This document shows, piece after piece, positions 1 through 7,535 of a stretch of 44,555 nucleotides of DNA. The stretch covers positions 1-44,555 of the forward strand of contig CAYJGP010000001.1 of NCBI GenBank assembly GCA_964369435.1. Direction: 5' to 3'. A program made the position numbers and the translations under genes. The notes beneath the pieces were generated by a model that was not told the DNA's origin, made no database searches, and worked only from the letters and a program-made list of their open reading frames with translations. This DNA is from an uncultured Oscillospiraceae bacterium. GTDB taxonomy: Bacteria; Bacillota; Clostridia; Oscillospirales; Ruminococcaceae. Position 1 is the stretch's first letter. Each line of letters starts with the position of its first letter.

Positions 1-125
1 CCTTGAATTTTGTCTCAGAACTTCCGTGTTCCGATTCTTAATGTTTACCACCGCTTTTTTAACATCGGGCCCTGATGGTAAATTACGGCAGATACCTATT
101 GCGGTGCAAATTTAAGACACCGTTA
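1..125 (-). promoter_or_regulatory. 5' leader of a leftward gene beyond the window edge, probably a second flagellin gene
   Basis: The minus strand reads ...ACACGGAAGT...AAAATTCAAGG at the window edge. This parallels the fliC leader in this window (ACAAGGAAGT...AAAATTCAGGGAGG). It lies downstream of a sigma-28-like promoter at 132-157. Confidence 0.45.
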
Positions 126-131
126 TCATTT

Positions 132-157
132 ATATCGGCCATAATTTCGTAAACTTA
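132..157 (-). promoter_or_regulatory. Sigma-28 (SigD/FliA)-type promoter firing leftward
   Basis: The minus strand reads TAAG-N14-GCCGATAT (plus strand ATATCGGC at 132-139). The -10 box matches the Bacillus SigD consensus GCCGATAT exactly. Confidence 0.5.
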
Positions 158-531
158 AGAGAAAAAAATAATTTTTTTTAAAATTTTTATATTTTTTAAA
201 AAGATGTGTATTTTAAGAGTTTTTTTCTGATTTATGCCAAGAAAATTTGACTTATTATATCGATGTTTACAGCTTTTGGTTGTTTAATTTAGAAATATTT
301 AGCTATCGTTATCTGGTGCCTGTAAGCGGTTTTCACTTCTGTGCAATTTTGATTGTTAAATGTTACCAAGGAGTGAAAGTTTGGATTATGACGGTGGTTA
401 TAAGCTTTAGATTAAGGGTATTGGGTTTGAGGATTTATTTCTAACGTCTGAAGCTTGCATAGTGAATTTTAATTTTTTTAAGGTTTGTTTTAAAGATTTG
501 TTTTTGATTTTTAGATATCTGGGTTTTGGTG

Positions 532-620
532 CGCCGCATCCCCAGAGTCGATTTTGAAAAAATCGACAAAGCGGCATTTATGCCGATAGCCGCACAGAAG
601 TGCGGCCGCTGGGGACGGCG
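532..620. other. GC-rich four-way-junction (cloverleaf-like) inverted-repeat element A
   Basis: Outer stem CGCCG(CA)TCCCCAG at 532-545 pairs with CTGGGGACGGCG at 609-620. It encloses three hairpins: GTCGATTTT/AAAATCGAC (547-567), CGGCAT/ATGCCG (572-585) and GCCGCAC/GTGCGGC (589-606). All pairs are Watson-Crick. GC is about 60% by hand count, in AT-rich flanks. Confidence 0.6.
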
Positions 621-689
621 GGCTTTAAAAAAACTTATAATTGCAGTTGTTGCAACAGTTTAGAATTATTAAATAGTGGACAAGATATC

Positions 690-830
690 GAACTAAATAC
701 CCACCCCAACCAAGCCCCATCCCAAACTAAGCACCAACCTAAGCCAAGCACCAACCCTAACCGAGCCCCCAATCTAACCAAGCCCAAATCTAGCCAAATG
801 CCAAACTCAACAAATCACCAAACTCTGCAG
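690..830. repeat. Strand-asymmetric C/A-rich low-complexity tract with repeated C-runs
   Basis: By hand count about 106 of 130 nt in 701-830 are C or A. Degenerate CCAAC/CTAAGC/GCCCC units recur. Confidence 0.7.
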
Positions 831-852
831 AGCATTAAAATCAAAGCAAGCA

Positions 853-886
853 AGAAAAAATCCCCACCCAATTGAGTGAGGATTTT
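853..886. terminator. Bidirectional intrinsic terminator downstream of flagellin
   Basis: The stem ATCCCCAC/GTGAGGAT has one mismatch. It is flanked by an A6 run (853-858) and a T5 run (882-886), 19 nt beyond the fliC stop. Confidence 0.6.
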
Positions 887-904
887 TGAATATACTTTGT
901 ATAA

Positions 905-2071
905 TTATCCAAGTAGCTGTAGAACGCCTTGAGGAATCATGTTTGCCTGTGAAAGCATCGACTGTGAAGCCTGAACTAGGATGTTGTTCTTTGTGAATGC
1001 CATCATCTCAGCGGCCATGTCAACATCGCGGATACGAGATTCAGCAGCTGTCATGTTCTCAGATGTAACTCCGAGGTTATTTATTGTGTGCTCAAGTCTA
1101 TTTTGAATAGCACCGAGGTCACCACGAGTTGAAGAAACAGATGTTATTGCTATTTTGATATTGCCTATAGCTTTGTCAGCGCCTTCTTCTGTTGTGATAT
1201 CAACATCAGCAATTCCAAGTGATTGAGCGTCCATGTTGCGAATACCAACAGAAACTTTCTGTGAAGGATCTGCAGTGTCGCCAACCTGTAGATTTAATGC
1301 GTCGCCTTCAACTTCTGTTATTGTTGCTGAAACATCAGCTGTAGGTGTTACATAAGCACCAGTCATACGAACACTACCAACTGCGCCAGATATAGCATCT
1401 TTAAATGCAGCTTCTGATAGAGCATCTCCTGCGGCTCCGCCACCTGCTGCTGTTGAAGCAATGCCAGCTCCTGTAACTGTGATAGTTAGAATTCCACCTG
1501 ATACAGCGGCTGTAACTTCAGCGTCTGAACCATCAGTAGTATCTGTTGCAGCTGTGCCGTCAGCGTATACTAGCTCTACAGATGTGATTGAAGCGTCAAG
1601 TCCTTCGAGTGCAAATCCGCCGACTGCAGTAGAAGTAACTGTATCTGGTTCCATGCTTCCATCAAGTAGGTTTATGCCATTGAAGTTTGTGTTTTCAGCG
1701 ATTCTGTCAATCTCATCAAGTAGTGAGTCAACTTCTGCTTGCAAGCTTGCTCTGTCTGATGTATCGTATGTACCGTTAGCTGACTGAGTTGCAAGTTCTA
1801 CCATTCTGTTTAGCATTGAGTGAACTTCTGTTAGAGCACCTTCAGCTGTTTGAACAAGTGATATACCATCTTGAGCATTTTTCTGAGCTGTTTCGAGTCC
1901 CTGGATTTGAGCTCTCATTTTTTCAGAAATCGCAAGACCTGCAGCGTCGTCGCCTGCTCTGTTGATTCTGTAACCTGAAGATAGTTTCTCAAGGTTTTTG
2001 CCTATCATAGAGTTGTTGTTTGTAAGTTGTCTGTGTGCATTTAATGCAGCGATATTGTGTTGTATACGCAT
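905..2071 (-). CDS. fliC: Flagellin (388 aa)
   Basis: The conserved N-terminus is MRIQHNIAALNAHRQL...GYRINRAGDDAAGLAISEKMRAQIQGL. The conserved C-terminus is LGAIQNRLEHTINNL...QANMIPQGVLQLLG. The central region is T/S/A/G-rich and variable. ATG at 2069-2071 follows GGGAGGA; the longer ORF start at 2287 is rejected. Confidence 0.95.
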   Translation of the reverse strand: MRIQHNIAALNAHRQLTNNNSMIGKNLEKLSSGYRINRAGDDAAGLAISEKMRAQIQGLETAQKNAQDGISLVQTAEGALTEVHSMLNRMVELATQSANGTYDTSDRASLQAEVDSLLDEIDRIAENTNFNGINLLDGSMEPDTVTSTAVGGFALEGLDASITSVELVYADGTAATDTTDGSDAEVTAAVSGGILTITVTGAGIASTAAGGGAAGDALSEAAFKDAISGAVGSVRMTGAYVTPTADVSATITEVEGDALNLQVGDTADPSQKVSVGIRNMDAQSLGIADVDITTEEGADKAIGNIKIAITSVSSTRGDLGAIQNRLEHTINNLGVTSENMTAAESRIRDVDMAAEMMAFTKNNILVQASQSMLSQANMIPQGVLQLLG

Positions 2072-2079
2072 AATTTTTT

Positions 2080-2114
2080 CCTCCCTGAATTTTAAATCTT
2101 TATTACTTCCTTGT
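2080..2114 (-). promoter_or_regulatory. fliC leader with Shine-Dalgarno sequence and two CsrA-type GGA sites
   Basis: The minus strand has ACAAGGAAG (2106-2114) and TTCAGGGAGGAA overlapping the SD (2080-2087). These closely resemble the two CsrA sites of the B. subtilis hag leader. Confidence 0.5.
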
Positions 2115-2175
2115 ATTCGAAAACTTTTTTCGAAAACCTCTTTGCGATTGTTTTCTTCAACCGCCGTTGATTTAT

Positions 2176-2202
2176 ATATCGTCGGACTTTTTAAAAAGTT
2201 TA
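2176..2202 (-). promoter_or_regulatory. Sigma-28 (SigD/FliA)-type promoter of fliC
   Basis: The minus strand reads TAAA-N15-GACGATAT, a 7/8 match to GCCGATAT with canonical spacing, about 105 nt upstream of the ATG. Confidence 0.6.
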
Positions 2203-2333
2203 GTGTTTTTTCTAAAAAAAATTTAAAAAAATTAATTCTGGAAGAATAAATATGCGGTTTTTGCGGATAAACACTTGATTTAATCAAAATATAATTATTA
2301 ATATATTTTATCGTTTTAAAGGTTTATAAAATA

Positions 2334-2360
2334 AAAAAACGCCCCAATTGGAGCGTTTTT
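2334..2360. terminator. Bidirectional intrinsic terminator after the lipoprotein gene
   Basis: AAAAACGCCCC-AATT-GGAGCGTTTTT has an A-run and a T-run flanking a GC stem with one mismatch. Confidence 0.6.
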
Positions 2361-2373
2361 AGATGTTTAATTA

Positions 2374-3066
2374 TTACATATCAAAGTCGTAGTCGATAGT
2401 ATACTGATGGAAACCTTCCAAGATATCATTTTGTATAACTTCATAAGCTGTATCGCTTATATCAATACCAATTTCAACCGAGATAGGCTCGAGGTAATCA
2501 AGCTCTGGCATAACTTCTTCTAATATGTCAAGCATATCATTAACAACTTTGCTTGAGAAAGCAACATCGTCCATAGCGAGCATTTCTTCATCATTTAGAG
2601 CTGCTTCAGCGTATTCGTTGAAAAAATCCTCTGTAAATGTTTTTGTGATGATATCGATAGGTGATACTAAAACAGTAACTACATAGTCATCTGCTTCCTT
2701 CTCAGAACTAACAACTTCAAATTTGATTTTCTGATAAAGTGCATCTGCAGCGTCGAAAAGTCTTGAGTAGGTATCATCGTCAAGATAGGTATGGTCAACG
2801 CCGAAATATGTTGCAAGCCATTTAGCTTCGTTATCAACATTGTATAGGTAGAACTCTTCAAGTTCCTCTTCAGTTACAGGATCTGCAAAAGAATCGATAT
2901 AAGTCTGGCTGTGTTGATTTAGGTAAGATGAGTTTAACTCCTCTAGAACGATAAATTCAGGATCGAGTCCGTCACCTCCGAGAAGACCGCTAATAATGCT
3001 GCAACCCGAAAGCATTAGAGATACTGCAAGTGTGACTAATGCGATTTTTAGTGTTGTTTTTTTCAT
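2374..3066 (-). CDS. Acidic lipoprotein of unknown function (230 aa)
   Basis: MKKTTLKIALVTLAVSLMLSGCS is a signal peptide with an LSGC lipobox. ATG at 3064-3066 is preceded by GGAGGA. Confidence 0.75.
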   Translation of the reverse strand: MKKTTLKIALVTLAVSLMLSGCSIISGLLGGDGLDPEFIVLEELNSSYLNQHSQTYIDSFADPVTEEELEEFYLYNVDNEAKWLATYFGVDHTYLDDDTYSRLFDAADALYQKIKFEVVSSEKEADDYVVTVLVSPIDIITKTFTEDFFNEYAEAALNDEEMLAMDDVAFSSKVVNDMLDILEEVMPELDYLEPISVEIGIDISDTAYEVIQNDILEGFHQYTIDYDFDM

Positions 3067-3150
3067 AATTTCCTCCATATTATTTAATCCAAAGCTATTT
3101 ATACCATAAAAACAATAAAAAAACAAGTGAAATACAGGATTTACCGTCGA

Positions 3151-3903
3151 TTAGTAGAAGATATCCAAATATTCGTGCAAAAGCAGCTCATTTTCATACA
3201 TATAAACAGCGACATCTACCCCAACATATCGATAATGCCAAGGCTCATATGAGACTCCCGTATCTTCGACGCGGTCTGCAGGGAAGCTTTCGGTAAATCC
3301 AAAGTTATGGGCATTATCTGCAAGCCAGATATAAACTTCCCAGTCTGTAGTTGTTATCTCATCAGCGGTTATATCAACTGCGATACCGAGTGCGTGCTCA
3401 CTTGTACCAGGTGTGGCAACCCATCTATTCGTCTGTGAAATAGCATCTTCTTCGCTATATCCTTGCGCTATGTAAGAGTCTATTCTGTTTTGATATAGCT
3501 CGGCTTGGTGCGATACAGAGCGGTAGCCTGAATTAACATACATAACAAGTCCCGCATCTAAACCGGCGTTAAACATATCGAGTAGCGGCTCAAGTATCCT
3601 TGCGTCAACATATTCGTCTCCAGGGGCTAGGGCAAGTTCTATGCTGATATCTGTATCCATCGGGTAGTCGGGATGGATTACATTAAGTGGCCATCCGTTA
3701 ATATTTTCGAGCTCAAGCTGTGGGGTTATATCTTTTTGATGGTTTGATGATGTCGATAAAGGAGAGTAGACAGCAACAGCTTCTTCGCTCTTTGTGAAAA
3801 TAAGAAGTAGAGCAATAGAAACCGTTGCTATAGCTAAAACTAAAGCAACGGTTATCAATATGGTCTTTTTTCTTTGGTTTCTTATCTTTGTGCGGCTTTG
3901 CAT
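3151..3903 (-). CDS. VanY-like D-alanyl-D-alanine carboxypeptidase (peptidase M15B) with an N-terminal membrane anchor
   Basis: Recognised motifs are SGYRS, ATPGTSEHALGIAVDI and EPWHYRYVG. Confidence 0.85.
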   Translation of the reverse strand: MQSRTKIRNQRKKTILITVALVLAIATVSIALLLIFTKSEEAVAVYSPLSTSSNHQKDITPQLELENINGWPLNVIHPDYPMDTDISIELALAPGDEYVDARILEPLLDMFNAGLDAGLVMYVNSGYRSVSHQAELYQNRIDSYIAQGYSEEDAISQTNRWVATPGTSEHALGIAVDITADEITTTDWEVYIWLADNAHNFGFTESFPADRVEDTGVSYEPWHYRYVGVDVAVYMYENELLLHEYLDIFY

Positions 3904-3913
3904 AAATTTTTCC

Positions 3914-6100
3914 TTATCCTATAAAGTATCTTGCGAAAAGCTCAATATATGTTACACCAGACAGTGCTGTAAACGATAGGAGGGTGAAGTTATCGCGCAT
4001 TTTTGGTGTTGGCTCAACTTTTAATAGTTTACCTGATAAAAGTGCTATAAATATCATCGGCGCTATCATAACAGGTATAAAATATCGACCTTGAACGCCC
4101 TCAATGCTGTTTGCTCCAAGACCTGAAAATGCGCCATATAGTCCTGTGCACACTGCTAAAAATGTAGCTCCAAATAGCACAGCTGTGTAGAAGAGATCGT
4201 TGAACAGCCGCTTGCCACGTACGGTATCCTTGCCATCCATAACCGCCGCCATAAATAGACAAAACGGAGTGAATACAGATGCCAAAACAAGATAGATATT
4301 AAGCCAACCAAAGCTTGAAAGATAATCGAGGTAGACATCGAGTATTCGTGAATAGAAGGTTTTTAAAATCATCCTTGCATAGAATATGAAGTTATGATAA
4401 TACCATGAAATAGATGAAACAGGATTTGAGGTAGACATATTTTCTTCGGTTACCATATGCGAGAAATTAGCGATATAGATATCCCAAAGCATGATAGCTG
4501 CGATAGCAACTATTCCAGCACCTGCTATCATAAATGTCCTTGGTATTTTAATCTTCCAGTTCTCTTTTGGAATGAGATAGATAAGAAGTATGAGCGGAAG
4601 ATAGGCATACTTAATTGTATTAAGACTTGCGTATAGAGCAAGCATTATTACAAAATCACGCAGTCGGACTTCATTCTTAAAGCAGAAGGATGCAAATAGG
4701 ATAGATAGAGCTGTCAGCATCATATCATAGGAGGTTGAAGCCGCAAGCGAGAGTGACATTGGCAAAAACATAATAGCTAGGAATATATTTTTAAATCTTG
4801 TTATATTGCGCAGTGCAAGATAGCAACAAGCAAGGTAGAAGAAGAGTGAGAACATTCGAGCAACATAGAAAGCAACAAGAGCATCTGTTGTGACAAGCCT
4901 TGTCAGTGCAACACCGATAGCCCCTGGTATATAGGGGAGAATATGCGGGATATCACTCTTTGTGTATGTTGAGTAGCGGGTGTACGTATCGCCTGTTTCC
5001 CAGTCGTCATTAACTTCGTTGTGGTAGTAGCTAAACGCCTCAAAAACAGAGCCGTTGAAGTTTTGATAGTTTACATCATAGAAGAAAGCAGGGAAGGCAT
5101 TTTGTGCATAGTCCATGCTTTTTGGCATATCAGGCTCTTCGCTCTTAAGATCAAAGTTTCCCATACCTATTGCATAGGTGCGATAGAAATGCCTATTTTC
5201 ATCTGGAACTTGGAACGGAGGATTTACAAAACAGACGATAGTTCCAAATAAAAGCATAAGAAGTACTGCTCGCAGATTAAAGTTGTGAACATACTTATAG
5301 ATGCAAACAGCGGCAATATAGCTTGCGACCGTTGCAGGTAGAAGAATTGCAAGAGATGGGACGATATTGTTTGCAGCCATAACATTGCCTGCGAAATAGA
5401 CAATATAAACTATACCCACAAAGGCAAATATTCCGCCGAGAGATAAAAGATAAACTCCTTTTTTAGAAAACTTAATCTCGATTTTTCGCTTTTTTATCAT
5501 TGGGATTAAAAACTCATCTGTGAGTATAAGCAGCACGATAAAAATAATTGCCAAGACAAATGAGAGAGCTATAAACAAGCATATATCAAACTGCACTGTA
5601 GGTGTTAGAAAGTTAATTGTAAATGAATCAAAGACGATAAGTCCTGTTTCGTGGGTCGTAAGGTCAAGGCGGAGGCCAACAACCTCACCTATAGGATTTT
5701 GATCTAAGATATATCCGTCGCGGTAGGGGATTTCAACTGCGTCATTTTCAGAATACCCTGTAGTCGGTGTCCTTTTCATATAGAGCTTATTCGAGTTTCT
5801 ACCATCGTGTAAAATCATCATATCATAAGAGATACTATCAATATATACCGGTTCATCGAATAGAATTTCAAAATATGGATCTTCGCTATCTGAATGAACG
5901 GTGTTACCGTAAACGGTGAAATCTTTGTTGCCGGTCATATCTGATAGGGTATAGGTCTGCAGGGTAGCTCCGCTATTTATAAAATTATCATATCTGTCAT
6001 CCATTGTTATTAAACAGTACCCTAAAGAAATTACGACAGCAAGTGCTACCGCAATAACTTCACGCAGATATTTTTTGAAAAAATTCATCACAACAGTCAA
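3914..6100 (-). CDS. Polytopic GT-C-like membrane protein (DUF2142-type) with an extracytoplasmic domain of about 150 aa after TM1
   Basis: There are many TM segments and a PDENRHFYR motif typical of DUF2142 glycosyltransferase-like proteins. The TTG start overlaps the upstream stop and follows GAGGGG. Confidence 0.7.
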   Translation of the reverse strand: MTVVMNFFKKYLREVIAVALAVVISLGYCLITMDDRYDNFINSGATLQTYTLSDMTGNKDFTVYGNTVHSDSEDPYFEILFDEPVYIDSISYDMMILHDGRNSNKLYMKRTPTTGYSENDAVEIPYRDGYILDQNPIGEVVGLRLDLTTHETGLIVFDSFTINFLTPTVQFDICLFIALSFVLAIIFIVLLILTDEFLIPMIKKRKIEIKFSKKGVYLLSLGGIFAFVGIVYIVYFAGNVMAANNIVPSLAILLPATVASYIAAVCIYKYVHNFNLRAVLLMLLFGTIVCFVNPPFQVPDENRHFYRTYAIGMGNFDLKSEEPDMPKSMDYAQNAFPAFFYDVNYQNFNGSVFEAFSYYHNEVNDDWETGDTYTRYSTYTKSDIPHILPYIPGAIGVALTRLVTTDALVAFYVARMFSLFFYLACCYLALRNITRFKNIFLAIMFLPMSLSLAASTSYDMMLTALSILFASFCFKNEVRLRDFVIMLALYASLNTIKYAYLPLILLIYLIPKENWKIKIPRTFMIAGAGIVAIAAIMLWDIYIANFSHMVTEENMSTSNPVSSISWYYHNFIFYARMILKTFYSRILDVYLDYLSSFGWLNIYLVLASVFTPFCLFMAAVMDGKDTVRGKRLFNDLFYTAVLFGATFLAVCTGLYGAFSGLGANSIEGVQGRYFIPVMIAPMIFIALLSGKLLKVEPTPKMRDNFTLLSFTALSGVTYIELFARYFIG

Positions 6101-7533
6101 ATTATCCCCTCTTTTACTATTATATCGTAGTTTTTAATCGCTAGATTACGATTAAGGCTGCTACTAACTTCGTTTTGCTCGATACTATCAAGCTCTATAT
6201 CACAATAGGCTTTCGCATATGGGTTAAATACTGCATAGCCTTCCATCGCAGTCTCTTTAAAGCTATCGGCAACATTCTCAATAATCTTATCTTCCGCCCT
6301 CATCATATAGCAGAGGGTGGAGAATCCATCGATGTTATTAATTGTTAAATTTCTATTTGCATAGCCGTTGTGCTGCTCTGGATACCCTCGAAAAAGCGGA
6401 TGTAACCACCGCTCATCTGCACAGTATCCACTACAAACGATTTTTCCACTGCTATTCAAAATTTTAGGTACAACATACCTTGTAGTATCAAAGTTTAGGA
6501 GCATGGCAAGCTCTAAAACTGATTGCTTATCTATAATAACCCCTTTTTGTAAAACAAGCAATAGCTCTTTAGCGTTTTCACTGCCACTCTTATAATAATC
6601 TTCATAAATTCCATCTGTTAAAACAGTAATATTAAAGTCTGTCGGCAGAGAAAATTTATAGCTCCCTGCCACAAGAGGCGAAGAAAGCTTTGCCTTTACC
6701 GATTGTCGCTCTATATGAGCTAAAATCGAGTTTTCAGCAGCAGTAACAGCATATGGTTTTGCTGAAATATCCGAAGCTACTGAATTTTCATGTACACGCC
6801 AGCAATAGAGTATTCTATCTATCTTATATGGTTTTTTGCATTTTTCAGAGCATCGCAAAATATAATCATAATCCTGACTGCCATCAAAAGCGGGGTTTAG
6901 CTCGCCCACTTTTTCATATAGCTCTCTCGATATGGCAAAAAGATGACAGATATAGTTGCTTGAACGCAGTGTATCTGGGCCAAAGCTCCCTTTAAAATAG
7001 GGATCAAAACGAGTTTTGTAGTCACCGTCAATCCTATCCATATCAGAATATATAAAGTCAGCGCCGCTCTCATATCCTCTCGCAACTTCAAAAAAAGCAT
7101 CTGGCATAAGTATATCGTCGTGGTCGCAGAAGATAATAACATCGCCACTTATAGTTTCAAGTGCTCTGTTTGTATTACCGCTTATCCCTGTATTCGCTTC
7201 AAGTTTTTTATAAACTATCCGCTTATCAGAAAAACTTGCAACGGTATCTTTTAGCCTATCGTCAGCAGATGCATCTGCTAAGATAAGCTCAAAGTTTTGG
7301 TAGCTGTTTTTTATACATGAGTTTATAAGCTCACAAAGATAAGCAGGTGGTGTGTTAAAGCAGGGGACAACCACTGAGATTTTTGCCTTCATTTTGCTTT
7401 TTCTCTGGCTTGCAAGCTGGGAGTCGGTTAAGTTTCCAAAATAGAGATATCTTTTCTTTGCCTTGCCTGAAAAGAGCTTTTTAATAACACCTAGAGGGCC
7501 GAGCTTTATTGCAGTTTTAATTTTACCTATCAT
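6097..7533 (-). CDS. Family 2 glycosyltransferase (478 aa; possible alternative start at Met48)
   Basis: ISVVVPCFN...ADASADD...CDHDD (a DxD motif) fits the GT-A fold. The C-terminal ~200 aa are unassigned. Confidence 0.85.
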   Translation of the reverse strand: MIGKIKTAIKLGPLGVIKKLFSGKAKKRYLYFGNLTDSQLASQRKSKMKAKISVVVPCFNTPPAYLCELINSCIKNSYQNFELILADASADDRLKDTVASFSDKRIVYKKLEANTGISGNTNRALETISGDVIIFCDHDDILMPDAFFEVARGYESGADFIYSDMDRIDGDYKTRFDPYFKGSFGPDTLRSSNYICHLFAISRELYEKVGELNPAFDGSQDYDYILRCSEKCKKPYKIDRILYCWRVHENSVASDISAKPYAVTAAENSILAHIERQSVKAKLSSPLVAGSYKFSLPTDFNITVLTDGIYEDYYKSGSENAKELLLVLQKGVIIDKQSVLELAMLLNFDTTRYVVPKILNSSGKIVCSGYCADERWLHPLFRGYPEQHNGYANRNLTINNIDGFSTLCYMMRAEDKIIENVADSFKETAMEGYAVFNPYAKAYCDIELDSIEQNEVSSSLNRNLAIKNYDIIVKEGII

Positions 7534-7535
7534 AG

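Noticed and set aside
247-444. A 65-aa ORF in the inter-flagellin spacer
   Set aside because: It has a TTG start with no ribosome binding site, an aromatic, hydrophobic and low-complexity composition typical of AT-rich spacer translation, and no recognisable motif.
532-620. The cloverleaf elements (also 27007-27114 and 35139-35233) as tRNA or tmRNA-like genes
   Set aside because: The outer stems are 12-20 bp and the arms 6-10 bp. There is no GTTCRANYC T-loop, no D-loop consensus, no 7-nt anticodon loop and no CCA context. Their sizes of 89-108 nt and perfect palindromy do not fit tRNA.
395-830. A G/T-rich left arm (395-530) and a C/A-rich right arm (690-830) as a long inverted repeat or invertible flagellar switch around element A
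   Set aside because: Only short shared words such as GATTTGTT and TAGAT...TGGG match between the left arm and the reverse complement of the right arm. I found no exact inverted repeat of 10 nt or more, and no recombinase gene is present. I kept it only as a composition observation.
600-875. A 91-aa ORF encoding a P/N/Q/K/T-rich peptide
   Set aside because: It is simply the translation of the C/A-rich low-complexity tract. It begins inside the GC-rich hairpin element and has no ribosome binding site, so it is treated as non-coding.
1461-1787. Antisense ORFs inside real genes, including 1461-1787, 12606-12995, 14093-14455, 21394-21831, 22696-23283, 31861-32313 and 43456-43866
   Set aside because: Each lies opposite a confidently identified gene. 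Each encodes S/L/A-rich low-complexity sequence and lacks a ribosome binding site, so these are classic shadow ORFs.
2072-2287. The 72-codon N-terminal extension of the flagellin ORF, from the ORF-track start at 2287
   Set aside because: The conserved flagellin N-terminus begins at MRIQHN (ATG 2069-2071) with a GGGAGGA ribosome binding site. The extension covers the sigma-28 promoter and leader and has no flagellin-like sequence.
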